Shown here piece after piece: positions 9,761-18,069 of a DNA stretch of 39,985 nt. Within the stretch, counting starts at the first letter, position 1. Every line of letters begins with the position of its first letter. The stretch comes from a virus. Lineage: Duplodnaviria > Caudoviricetes. The stretch is from IMG/VR virus record IMGVR_UViG_3300043103_000132, positions 1 through 39,985 of that record; one strand, written 5' to 3'. A model generated the notes under the pieces. The model did not search any database, was not told the origin of the DNA, and was given only the letters and a program-made list of their open reading frames with translations. A program made the position numbers and the translations under genes.

Positions 9761-10553
9761 ACAAATCTGCCAACGACAATGGCATAGGAATATCCTCGCC
9801 ACATGCGTCACAGGTCGTCTTCACCTCCCCGAGGCGCGGACCTGGGGTTCTGGTAATAATCTCAGTGACAAGCTGCTCGCGGTCTTTCATGCCAAGCTTT
9901 AGAACAGAGCTAGCGCCTAGAGAACCTGCGCCGTTGATTGAGTCTACACAGCCAGCCAAAAGGATGGTGTTTAGCTCAGGGCGGCTCTTCTCGATGTTCT
10001 CAAGAAGCTTTCTTTGTACAAGGCCAGTAGGCAGTGATACTTTAATGTCACCGCTGTTCTTCGACTTGTACACAAAGGTACGGTCCTCTTGTGGGTCCTC
10101 AAGGTTCTTGTATGGAACGTCCGTTCCAAGGTCTACAGTCACCTTTAACTCAGTCTTGCAGTTTTCGCATGGGAACTCGAAGTCGATAGTGTCACCAAAG
10201 GTTACTCGACGAATTCCAACAAGCACAGCGTCGCGGTCTCCGCTAAGCATCTTGTCTAGGTCTTCCTTGGTAGCGGGTTCTCCACCAAGAGATACTAGGC
10301 CTCGCTGTAGCATTGCCATGAGCGCCTTGCCTGGAGTTCCCGTCTTGGCAATAGCCTCTTCGTCAACTCCGTTAAGCTCACGCACTTCTGCGTACTTTAC
10401 TACCGCGCCGTCCCTGGTGATAAATCCACCAGGGAGCAGCACGTCAGTATTAGATGGTGCAACGGTTTCGATTATTACAGCCGGCTCTTCGTTGACTTCG
10501 GCGATCGCCGCTTCAATTGCAGAGGTGCTGCTTGTAAAGATTTCTTCAGCCAT
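9750..10553 (-). CDS. Tail/baseplate hub assembly chaperone (T4 gp26-like)
   Basis: VRELNGVDEEAI, MLSGDRDAVLVGIRRVTFG, two CxxC pairs; lies between tube and tape measure; AGGAG RBS. Confidence 0.8.
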   Translation of the reverse strand: MAEEIFTSSTSAIEAAIAEVNEEPAVIIETVAPSNTDVLLPGGFITRDGAVVKYAEVRELNGVDEEAIAKTGTPGKALMAMLQRGLVSLGGEPATKEDLDKMLSGDRDAVLVGIRRVTFGDTIDFEFPCENCKTELKVTVDLGTDVPYKNLEDPQEDRTFVYKSKNSGDIKVSLPTGLVQRKLLENIEKSRPELNTILLAGCVDSINGAGSLGASSVLKLGMKDREQLVTEIITRTPGPRLGEVKTTCDACGEDIPMPLSLADLFRL

Positions 10554-10598
10554 TTAATGCTCCTAATTAGTTATTTATTAGTTTACCAGAGTTTATTA

Positions 10599-11195
10599 CT
10601 ATTGTACGAAAGATACTGATAGACCCTCGTGTACAAGAGTCATGGTCTCGTACATTAGAGCGTTGTCCTGGGCGTTAAGGTCAGTGAAGTTAAGCGACTG
10701 GATCCAGGCGTTGTGTACCTTAAACTTCATCTTCCATGCCTTTGTAGACACGATATCATTGGCCGTGATCAGCGGGTCAGCGGTAATCGGGTGGTCAAGC
10801 ACGTAGATGACCAAGTTGCAGCGGAAGTTCTTTCCACCAGAACCTGGGATACCCTCACCAGCAGCAGCTGCGAATAGGGTCTTCATCCAGTTGATTGACT
10901 CATCCTTACCGTAGATAACTCCACGCTGAAGGGTGATTGGCTGGAACGAAGTCTGACCAGGGACCTGGTGCAGAGTTGTGTTCATGCCGCCTTCGCGGTA
11001 GCTGATGCTCTGGGTAGTGATGTTCAGACCTGAGATCTGAGTGAATCCTCCACTGAAACTCATGAAGGTGTTGGCCGCTGGATCGCCATCCGCAGTAGTC
11101 TCAAATTCCACAAGGAATCTAAAATTACGGATTGGATCAGTAGCCAGTTTAGAGAAGCGCTGAATGCTACTCTTGGCGTTGGTAGTGGTTGCCAT
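10599..11195 (-). CDS. Tail tube protein (T4 gp19-like)
   Basis: DPIRNFRFLVE, GFTQISGL, YREGG, PITLQRG, NAW, ETMTLVHEG. Confidence 0.93.
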   Translation of the reverse strand: MATTTNAKSSIQRFSKLATDPIRNFRFLVEFETTADGDPAANTFMSFSGGFTQISGLNITTQSISYREGGMNTTLHQVPGQTSFQPITLQRGVIYGKDESINWMKTLFAAAAGEGIPGSGGKNFRCNLVIYVLDHPITADPLITANDIVSTKAWKMKFKVHNAWIQSLNFTDLNAQDNALMYETMTLVHEGLSVSFVQ

Positions 11196-11206
11196 TTAGG
11201 TTCCTC

Positions 11207-12724
11207 CTAGGAAATGGTTACAACAGCGCCGCTGTCGTACTGGCTAATACGGATAACTACGAATTCAGCAGGACGCTGCAGAGCAACTCCCACCTCGACC
11301 ACTACGTTTCCATTGTCAATCTGGTTGGTAGTGTTGTTTTCCTCGTCACACTTGACGTAGAACGCATCTGCCGGGGTTAGACCACGGAGACCGCCCTGTT
11401 GCCAGAAGTCGGTGAGGAAAGTTTCTACGGTGGAAGTTAGTCGGTTCCATAGGCGCTCGTCGTTTGGCTCGAAGATTGCAAAACCAGTTAGCTCTTCCAA
11501 GCTCTTCTTGACGAAGATCAGGCTGCGACGAACCGATACATAACGGTCTGCGTATCCTGGCTTTAGGGTGCGAGCACCCATAACCACGATTCCAGAACCA
11601 GGAACGTAACGGATTGCGTTTACAGGAGCCGAAGCGCTGTTTAGAGCGTCAAGGTCAGAGTTGGTTAGCTGTGCTACCGAAACAACTCCAGAAAGACGAG
11701 CCTCTAGACCAGCAGGAGACTTGAAGACTCCTCGCGAAGCGTCAGTCGCAACGTAGCGGCCCATAACAGCAGCTCCGTTTGAAACGGTAGTGATTGCGTT
11801 TGGTGCGCTGCTTGTCGGGTCTGGAACTACCAAGTTAGGGTAGTACACAGCTGCGTACGAGCTGCTGGTGTAAGCAGCGGCACGAGTAAGCTGAGCCGAG
11901 ACAGTGTCGTTAAGCGCATCAATTACTACAAACACGTCGCCACGACCTGTTGCGTAAGTGATGATACCGTTTACTTCAGTAGCGGCTGTAACACCCGGTA
12001 CGTTCAGGATTAGGCTCTGAGTAACAGTATCAAGCGCAGTCAAGGCAGAGACAAGGTTGGCGTCTGTAGGAGCAGTACCGTCTGCGCCAGTAGATAGCTC
12101 TACAGGAACGCTTCCGCCAGATCCGGTAGGAGCTGGGTTGTCGCTTGCTGTGTGGCTGTCGCTAGGGCTAGAGTCAGCTACGGTGATGTACGCAGAGCTT
12201 CCATTAATAACTGAAATAGCGTAGCGTGGGTCGCTATTTAGCATAGTAATGTCGGTGAAGCGTTCAACTGCGGTGCCCGAAGTAGCCGCGCTACCGTAGT
12301 AGACAGTCAAATCAAAGTAACCTGTGATAGCCGAGTTAGCGATACCAACGTAAATATCGTTACCCCAAGCACCAGCGTTAAGCGCAGTTACAGCTAGGGT
12401 CGCGGCTGGGGTGGTGTTGGTGTCGTTAAAAGTACTTGTAGCAGATACAGGGGTACCAGCAGTAACACGCTTAACGTAGCAGCGGCTTCCGCCGTTTGCA
12501 AAGAACATGTATACAGCTGTGACTAGCTTGTTACGGCTAGCAGTCGTGCTCCACGAGCCGTATAGGCTTGTGAACTGTGACCATGAGGTCACTAGAGTTG
12601 TGGCCACTGGGCCCTTGTCAGCGGAGCCTACGAAGGCGGCGACTGAGTCAGAGTTAGGACCGATGATAGGTGGGTTTGGATTGAGGGTTTCCTCAATGTA
12701 CACACCGGGACGTAGGTACGCCAT
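11207..12724 (-). CDS. Contractile tail sheath protein
   Basis: YLRPGVYIEE, FFANGG, RGVFKSPAG, GARTL, RYVSVRR, FEPND, PAEFVVIRI. Confidence 0.96.
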   Translation of the reverse strand: MAYLRPGVYIEETLNPNPPIIGPNSDSVAAFVGSADKGPVATTLVTSWSQFTSLYGSWSTTASRNKLVTAVYMFFANGGSRCYVKRVTAGTPVSATSTFNDTNTTPAATLAVTALNAGAWGNDIYVGIANSAITGYFDLTVYYGSAATSGTAVERFTDITMLNSDPRYAISVINGSSAYITVADSSPSDSHTASDNPAPTGSGGSVPVELSTGADGTAPTDANLVSALTALDTVTQSLILNVPGVTAATEVNGIITYATGRGDVFVVIDALNDTVSAQLTRAAAYTSSSYAAVYYPNLVVPDPTSSAPNAITTVSNGAAVMGRYVATDASRGVFKSPAGLEARLSGVVSVAQLTNSDLDALNSASAPVNAIRYVPGSGIVVMGARTLKPGYADRYVSVRRSLIFVKKSLEELTGFAIFEPNDERLWNRLTSTVETFLTDFWQQGGLRGLTPADAFYVKCDEENNTTNQIDNGNVVVEVGVALQRPAEFVVIRISQYDSGAVVTIS

Positions 12725-12759
12725 GGGTTTTCTCCTTGATAGTTAGGGGTAGCGGAATA

Positions 12760-13371
12760 TTAGATAGGTCGTAGTCTAGGCGGGATGTTTTGTGTAGTGG
12801 GGTTGATAAGGACCTCTTCTACTTCCGGCGCGTCGACTGGTAGTAGAGCAGCTCCCTCACTTGTAACTGTGAGTGTGAACACGTTTCGGTACAGCCGACG
12901 GCCATCCTCGATAGTGTCACGTTTTGTGTATTCATCAAGGAACAAGTGGCGGTAACCCGTTTCTGTCCCTAGATCATTTTTAATAGGCAAGTACCCGCGC
13001 TTTGACGGGAATACCTTATTAAGCAGGTGGGCCAGAATAGCGCGGTCGTGGCGCGGGTGTCTGGCATAGGATGTGACTTGGTAGGTAAGGTCCCAAGCCA
13101 CTGGAACTTCGTAGGTGTACAGCTTCCCAGTTACCGGAGCAATAGTTCCCTGAGCGTCGTTGTCTACAATCAAGCCAGAGGCCTGACGGTAGCTAGCCCA
13201 GGTTGTATCAATTAGCTCAACGGTGATGTAAGGGTAAGACTGCGCACGCTGTTCAATATCAGGGTTAGCAAACCAAACGCCAACCTCACGGTTGCTGTTC
13301 TTCTCGTCAGAAACGATTATTCCCTTAAGGCGGTTCTTTAGGGCCTCATCTTCGCTAAATAGAAAACTCAA
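12760..13371 (-). CDS. Tail completion/terminator protein
   Basis: Directly upstream of sheath; YPYITVEL and WDLTYQVTSYAR patterns. Confidence 0.65.
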   Translation of the reverse strand: MSFLFSEDEALKNRLKGIIVSDEKNSNREVGVWFANPDIEQRAQSYPYITVELIDTTWASYRQASGLIVDNDAQGTIAPVTGKLYTYEVPVAWDLTYQVTSYARHPRHDRAILAHLLNKVFPSKRGYLPIKNDLGTETGYRHLFLDEYTKRDTIEDGRRLYRNVFTLTVTSEGAALLPVDAPEVEEVLINPTTQNIPPRLRPI

Positions 13372-13706
13372 GGTAGCACCCCCGAGTCAAATAGATGATT
13401 AATCGACGACTCGGCAAAAACGTTCTGAAAGTCATCTGAGTGTCGATCTACAAATAGACGAAGGACCGGCGTAGGCGGCTGGTCTTCGCTACCGTACTCT
13501 AGGTCTTCGATGTCTCGTGCCAGCTTCTCTGTGTAATCGATGTAAATATTTGACTGGTCAACTCGAACGCTCAGCGCATTGGCGTACAGCTTAGGCCACC
13601 CGGCAGAGATGGCGTCAGTTTGTAGCTCCCTAGTCAAAGCTGACTGGAGCGTCTTAAGTGAGTTGGCTGCGGTATCTTTAAAGGTTGTCGCCACTACTTG
13701 TACCAC
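13368..13706 (-). CDS. Putative neck/tail completion protein
   Basis: DLEYGSEDQPPTPVLR resembles the EYGT..P motif of HK97 gp10-like proteins; position. Confidence 0.5.
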   Translation of the reverse strand: MVQVVATTFKDTAANSLKTLQSALTRELQTDAISAGWPKLYANALSVRVDQSNIYIDYTEKLARDIEDLEYGSEDQPPTPVLRLFVDRHSDDFQNVFAESSINHLFDSGVLP

Positions 13707-13861
13707 CGTACTGCTTTATTTACTAGAAACCCTATTGCTAGACCAGCCAGCAGATTCGCTGTGCCGTGGCCCTTAGTAGCGCTGTCAGCCATTCCGCGGA
13801 TGAAATCCATCTCGGAAAATTGTGAGACCGTTCTGTGTTGGTCTCTGTCAAGGCTAGACAT
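13694..13861 (-). CDS. 55-aa hypothetical protein with hydrophobic C-terminus
   Basis: Not in track; GGAG RBS; MSSLDRDQHRTVSQFSEMDFIRGMADSATKGHGTANLLAGLAIGFLVNKAVRWYK. Confidence 0.65.
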   Translation of the reverse strand: MSSLDRDQHRTVSQFSEMDFIRGMADSATKGHGTANLLAGLAIGFLVNKAVRWYK

Positions 13862-13928
13862 GAGTGTCTCCATTAAATAAGCAAAGTACAGCGCAAGTTT
13901 GGTTCAGCCCCCGCATAGGGCCACTTAC

Positions 13929-13965
13929 AGGATAAAAGAAAAGCCCTGCTTTCGCAGGGCTAAAC
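13929..13965 (-). promoter_or_regulatory. Putative late promoter GTTTAG-N25-TATCCT (tail operon)
   Basis: Same spacing as seven other intergenic sites. Confidence 0.55.
13934..13961 (-). terminator. Intrinsic terminator
   Basis: AGCCCTGC-GAAA-GCAGGGCT followed by TTTCTTTT. Confidence 0.85.
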
Positions 13966-13974
13966 CTTATTTAA

Positions 13975-14184
13975 TTACTGCCGTCCGGCATGAAACTCAG
14001 AGTTCCGTTTAGTGTAGTTTCCTACGTACTCTGCAGACTTGACATTGTTGTCCCAAGACATCTTTGGCCAGGCCTTAGTAGACTCGGTAGTCTTATCGCC
14101 CAGCTTGCCGTACGTATCGTTTTTACGACTAGCCTCGGCGTGGCGCTTGGCGGTAAGTCTGACTGCCTTTGGGGTGTTAGGCAT
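13975..14184 (-). CDS. Small basic protein
   Basis: TAATG-coupled; Lys/Arg-rich. Confidence 0.65.
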   Translation of the reverse strand: MPNTPKAVRLTAKRHAEASRKNDTYGKLGDKTTESTKAWPKMSWDNNVKSAEYVGNYTKRNSEFHAGRQ

Positions 14185-14480
14185 TACTTGCGTCCAGGCT
14201 TCTTTTCCATCTTGTCCTCACGCTTTTCGCCGCGCTTGGTCTCCTTGGACTCGTGCTTCTTCTCGCCGGCCTTAATCTTGCCGATGATCTTAGCGTCGAT
14301 CTTCTTATCCTCGGCCATGGTCTTAGGCTTGCCCTTGGCAGCGTGAGCCTTGTCCATCTTCTCGAACTTGGCCTTGTCCTCCTTGTCAGTTAGACCGGCT
14401 TTGCGGAGCATTGCTGCGTCCTTTGGCTTGTCTTTCTTCTCGGTGTACTTGCCTTTTTCGTATGCTGGCTTCTTATTCAT
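14184..14480 (-). CDS. Small highly charged Lys-rich protein
   Basis: AGGA RBS; K/E/D-dominated sequence. Confidence 0.75.
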   Translation of the reverse strand: MNKKPAYEKGKYTEKKDKPKDAAMLRKAGLTDKEDKAKFEKMDKAHAAKGKPKTMAEDKKIDAKIIGKIKAGEKKHESKETKRGEKREDKMEKKPGRK

Positions 14481-14489
14481 TTACTTTCC

Positions 14490-14789
14490 TTACGCTGGGA
14501 TAACTAGTGAGAATAGAACAGAGACGTCATAACCAGAACCGGTACCGGCGGCTGAAACTGCGTATAGCGAGTCCCCACCGTTTAGCCAGATGTCCTGGTT
14601 TGTAAGCGTAGCGATCCTAAGACCGCGGTCTATTGTACCCGCTGCAGCTACTGAAGAGTCTCCGATAAATACCGAAGCGCCATTTGAGTTGCTAACAACT
14701 ACGTGAGTCAGTGGGTTGCCCATAGGGACAGTCGCAATAAGTACTGGGGTGTTTGCAGCTAAAACAAAGCTGTTGTGTACAATGGCCAT
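14490..14789 (-). CDS. Small beta-sandwich virion protein
   Basis: VVVSNSNGASVFIG...GLRI...LNGGDSLYAV strand pattern; AAGGAG RBS. Confidence 0.65.
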   Translation of the reverse strand: MAIVHNSFVLAANTPVLIATVPMGNPLTHVVVSNSNGASVFIGDSSVAAAGTIDRGLRIATLTNQDIWLNGGDSLYAVSAAGTGSGYDVSVLFSLVIPA

Positions 14790-14842
14790 TAGTTAGGCTC
14801 CTTCTTTCCGCAACCGCAGTTGCCGCACTTGCAGTCTTTCAT
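14789..14842 (-). CDS. 17-aa Cys-rich micropeptide MKDCKCGNCGCGKKEPN
   Basis: Fills the gap exactly, with TAATG overlaps at both ends. Confidence 0.65.
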   Translation of the reverse strand: MKDCKCGNCGCGKKEPN

Positions 14843-15066
14843 TACTTACTTCTTTTCTTCGCAGTGGCGGCTGCCTTGTTGCGCGTCTTTGGTGATGCCA
14901 TAGCGAGGATCTCGCCTGGAGCTTTAATTGTACCACCCTTGGCTACAGAACCTTTAGACAAAGCCTCTCGGGCTTTGCGGTCTACTGGGTTGTTTGGAGC
15001 ATACTTTGGCTCAGCGTTTGACTTCTTATTGATTGAGCTCTTGGAGCCCTTTGGTGCTAGACCCAT
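14842..15066 (-). CDS. Small basic protein
   Basis: TAATG-coupled; Lys-rich. Confidence 0.7.
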   Translation of the reverse strand: MGLAPKGSKSSINKKSNAEPKYAPNNPVDRKAREALSKGSVAKGGTIKAPGEILAMASPKTRNKAAATAKKRSK

Positions 15067-15383
15067 TACTTGGTGCCTTTCTTCTTGTTTTCGAGACGCT
15101 TAGACATGGCAGCTGCCTTCTTCTTAGCGTCAGCTTTGGATGATGCTCCCCACGCCTGTAGCGATAGCAGTAGGCGGGTGGGGTCTCCGTTTGGCTTACG
15201 TTCTGGGCCGGGGTTACCGCCCATTCGAGCTAGGAACGAAGCGCGGCGAGGGTTGTCGCCGGACTTTACTGGGGCTTTTAGGTCAGAGCCAGGGTTAGCC
15301 TTTTCATAAGACTTACGGCCCTTTTCGTTCAGGCCGCCTTTCTTAGCTTTGCCTTCTTTTTTCTGCCAAGCTTCACTTGCCAT
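15066..15383 (-). CDS. Basic phage protein (DUF6321-like)
   Basis: AWQKKEGK..KGGLNEKGRKSY...RRASFLARM motif; start moved to MASEAW. Confidence 0.75.
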   Translation of the reverse strand: MASEAWQKKEGKAKKGGLNEKGRKSYEKANPGSDLKAPVKSGDNPRRASFLARMGGNPGPERKPNGDPTRLLLSLQAWGASSKADAKKKAAAMSKRLENKKKGTK

Positions 15384-15609
15384 TTCGTTTACCTTTTCCA
15401 ATCTCTGGGTGCTTCTTGTGGTAGTCCTTGGTATCCTTGACACCCTGCTTAACGGTCTTAGCTCCCGATAGCTTGGTGAGGTTCATACGTTCTTTTTTAC
15501 CAGTCTTGCTGCTCTGCTCAACAATAATGTCGCCTTTATTTCCAGCACCCTTGTCGACCTTCTTTTGGGTGACTTTGTGGTTTAAACCCCCGGCGGTTAC
15601 TTTAGCCAT
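15373..15609 (-). CDS. Small basic protein
   Basis: TAATG-coupled; Lys-rich. Confidence 0.7.
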   Translation of the reverse strand: MAKVTAGGLNHKVTQKKVDKGAGNKGDIIVEQSSKTGKKERMNLTKLSGAKTVKQGVKDTKDYHKKHPEIGKGKRNGK

Positions 15610-15776
15610 TACTTGCCCTTTTTCTTTTTAGCCGCATTCATGTTGTCTACGAGGTTAGGGTAAGGCCTACCAGCGGCCTTAGCCTTGGCTTTCGCAGAGG
15701 ACTTCTGGCTTTTGCTAAGCGGCTTATCTTTTTTAGTAGGGTCTGGTTTTTCCCAAACAGGTTTCTTGTCAGCCAT
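15609..15776 (-). CDS. Small basic protein (GRPYPNLVDNM motif)
   Basis: AGGAG RBS before MADKKPVWEK; start moved to 15776. Confidence 0.75.
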   Translation of the reverse strand: MADKKPVWEKPDPTKKDKPLSKSQKSSAKAKAKAAGRPYPNLVDNMNAAKKKKGK

Positions 15777-15783
15777 TTTTCTC

Positions 15784-16317
15784 CTATGATTGTGCGTAAC
15801 TGAGGAACTGTACATCGTTTACCAGCTCATCCGGAGCTAGCTGCATCAGGTCAATAACAATTAGGGTGTGGCGATTAGCCACTAGACCGGCTGGCTGTGT
15901 CTTGATAGGGCGGTAAACCTGACCCTTCCACACGACGCGGTACTTGTTTGCAAGGTCGATAGACGGCTTAATCTTAGAGCGATCAGAGAATAGCTCTGAG
16001 CTGATATCGTACATGTCATCGATGTTGACAGTAAGGTGAAGGGTGTCTGTGTTGTAGAAACCACGGGTGTTTAGAGGGCTAGATCCCTCAGTAACTGAGG
16101 AACGAATAACACGTAGAGTGCTAGGCCCTGTCCATACTCGGCCGGTTCCGATAGGCTCTACATCGTACACCGCGTCTACAAGGCTGCTGACTGAGTTAAA
16201 TTTCCACCATTCAGCTGAGTTACCTGCGGGATTGGCTAAATCCTCAGTGATGCCTTCACTGATACGATCGGACTCAAAGTCCGCGTCAAATCTACCGCCA
16301 GGTGTATGTGCTCTCAT
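15784..16317 (-). CDS. Putative head closure/neck protein
   Basis: DAVYDV...GRVW, GFYNTDTLHLT, RVVWKGQVY beta pattern; position. Confidence 0.55.
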   Translation of the reverse strand: MRAHTPGGRFDADFESDRISEGITEDLANPAGNSAEWWKFNSVSSLVDAVYDVEPIGTGRVWTGPSTLRVIRSSVTEGSSPLNTRGFYNTDTLHLTVNIDDMYDISSELFSDRSKIKPSIDLANKYRVVWKGQVYRPIKTQPAGLVANRHTLIVIDLMQLAPDELVNDVQFLSYAQS

Positions 16318-16367
16318 GATTACCTTTTTTTAGTATACTGGTATTTTGTCAGCTTTGTCGGGTAATT

Positions 16368-16406
16368 AATAAGTAAAGCCCCAGTCACCTCTGCTGGGGC
16401 TTTACT
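16368..16406 (-). terminator. Terminator-like hairpin after the glycosyltransferase gene
   Basis: AGTAAAGCCCCAG-N9-CTGGGGCTTTACT inverted repeat. Confidence 0.75.
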
Positions 16407-16433
16407 CTAGTACCTTGTCGGGTATTTTTGTTC

Positions 16434-17189
16434 CTACCTGCTACCAGGTAAGTCTTTATTTAACTGACTTAGGTCAAGACGCTTATTATTAGTCTGAAAA
16501 GTGGAAGCGCTCCCATCAAGTCTGATGCCGCTATAAATATTTGGTTTTAGTGTATAAGAAATGATCTTTTCAGTCTGCTTAGACCAGAACCAATCTAAGG
16601 GTAGATCGATACCTTCTTTAACTATATCTAGCAGCTTCTGGGCCGATCTCCTATTAATCACATAGCATAAGTTTGACCACTCCTGGTATACCCTACAAAC
16701 ATTCGGCGCTCCGACATCTAATTTTTTTGAGTACCACCCTGCGTCTTGATCGTGCACAAAGTGATGGTACATATCCCAGTCATCTGGCAACTCTGCCATG
16801 TAAGAAACTAACGTCGGCATAAAGTCCGGGTTAAAGATAGCATCATCTTCCATCAAAATCAGGTAGTCAGAGTCTGTATCTAGAAAAGCCTTCCAGGCCA
16901 GGAAGTTGCTAGCCCATATCCCAACCTCCCCTAGCTTCCACCCCTTAAGCGTAGGCAGCGTCCGTAATAATAAGTTTCTAGTAAGGTCTTTCGGGTTATA
17001 TCCAGAGAAATCTAACGCAAAATCTAAGTTAGACTTACAAAAATCATTAATGCCTACAACTGATTCAAAATCAACTGTAGGTGAGTTTATAAGCTCAGCA
17101 AACTCCAGCATATATTCGTGCATAGCCTGAACATTCGCGTCTCTGTAGTCATCTTTTGATAGATGAAACATATTGTAAGAGTACTTCAT
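16434..17189 (-). CDS. Glycosyltransferase family 25-like
   Basis: GEVGIWASNFLAWKAF...LILMEDDA...LPDDWD...CYVINRRSAQKLL...PLDW matches the GT25 motif order. Confidence 0.85.
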   Translation of the reverse strand: MKYSYNMFHLSKDDYRDANVQAMHEYMLEFAELINSPTVDFESVVGINDFCKSNLDFALDFSGYNPKDLTRNLLLRTLPTLKGWKLGEVGIWASNFLAWKAFLDTDSDYLILMEDDAIFNPDFMPTLVSYMAELPDDWDMYHHFVHDQDAGWYSKKLDVGAPNVCRVYQEWSNLCYVINRRSAQKLLDIVKEGIDLPLDWFWSKQTEKIISYTLKPNIYSGIRLDGSASTFQTNNKRLDLSQLNKDLPGSR

Positions 17190-17515
17190 TATATGTACTC
17201 GACGCCTACCCCGATGAACTGGTACGTTAGCTCTTCATTAGGAAATCTTGGGTACCCGCTGGGCATGAGAAAGACCTGTGGGTCACGTGACTTAAGGAGA
17301 TTCATAAGTCGCTTTATGCTAACCTCTGCTACCTTCCACTTTGGATCAAGCGAAGGCAAGTCAACCTCATCAGAAATTATGCAGACAATAGCTTGCTCAG
17401 GAGTATTGTGTATCGCATCGACAAACCCGCCGGCTGCTCTGATTATGTCAAAAATCTCTACCGGCGCTTCTTTTTGCCCCGGCTCGTAATAAGGAGTCCA
17501 TTCCATATATCTCAC
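17189..17515 (-). CDS. Hypothetical protein (partner of the propeller cassette)
   Basis: GAGG RBS; coupled on both sides. Confidence 0.6.
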   Translation of the reverse strand: MRYMEWTPYYEPGQKEAPVEIFDIIRAAGGFVDAIHNTPEQAIVCIISDEVDLPSLDPKWKVAEVSIKRLMNLLKSRDPQVFLMPSGYPRFPNEELTYQFIGVGVEYI

Positions 17516-18060
17516 TGGTCTGTCACCTCTGGCGCTTGAGCTGGGTCTTCCTCTATGAACTTAACCCCAATTTGACGTAGAGCATCCAGAGACGCCCAGC
17601 CGACGTGGCCTCCACTGCCCATGGCCTCTAAGTGGGCCTGGCGGTTTAAGCGCGTGTGCCAGTACACAGGCTGGTCTGCCTCTATGTCCTCATAGGTGTA
17701 CTTAGTCTCAAAGGACTCCCAGATAGCTACGATGTCTTGGATCTCACGGCGCATTCCGAGTAGCGATAGCTTTTGCTGGTCTAGCTGTATGCGGTGGATT
17801 TCAGCATCAATAGCATCTATTTCATCGCCGGTTTTTAACAGTCTTTTTATCTGGATCTCGGATTTCTTTATCTCAAGCTCTGTAATCCTTATGTTTGTAA
17901 CTAAAACTGAGAACTCTAACAAGGTCTGCTTATATTGCTGAACTTCGGTGTCATGTTGGCCGACTACAAAGTTTTGTAACTGAAATTGACTCCTAGGCTT
18001 TTGAATTTCTACTAGGGCCTTAAAGATAGGGTGCGTTTCATCAATTACTTTTAGTTCCAT
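17512..18060 (-). CDS. Coiled-coil hypothetical protein
   Basis: AAGGAG RBS; RSQFQLQNFVVGQH...QYKQ followed by a long heptad stretch. Confidence 0.7.
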   Translation of the reverse strand: MELKVIDETHPIFKALVEIQKPRSQFQLQNFVVGQHDTEVQQYKQTLLEFSVLVTNIRITELEIKKSEIQIKRLLKTGDEIDAIDAEIHRIQLDQQKLSLLGMRREIQDIVAIWESFETKYTYEDIEADQPVYWHTRLNRQAHLEAMGSGGHVGWASLDALRQIGVKFIEEDPAQAPEVTDQ

Positions 18061-18069
18061 TTTTGCTCC

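Noticed and set aside
9756-9775. Canonical -1 slippery heptamer for the chaperone
   Set aside because: The downstream ORF is in the +1 (or -2) frame and no XXXYYYZ heptamer is present
9682-10557. 291-aa plus-strand ORF
   Set aside because: Antisense shadow of the chaperone gene; no RBS or motif. The same applies to the other plus-strand ORFs before 39377.
1-13371. Stand-alone eCIS/tailocin interpretation of the tail module
   Set aside because: Capsid, portal and terminase are present in the same gene run, so this is a phage
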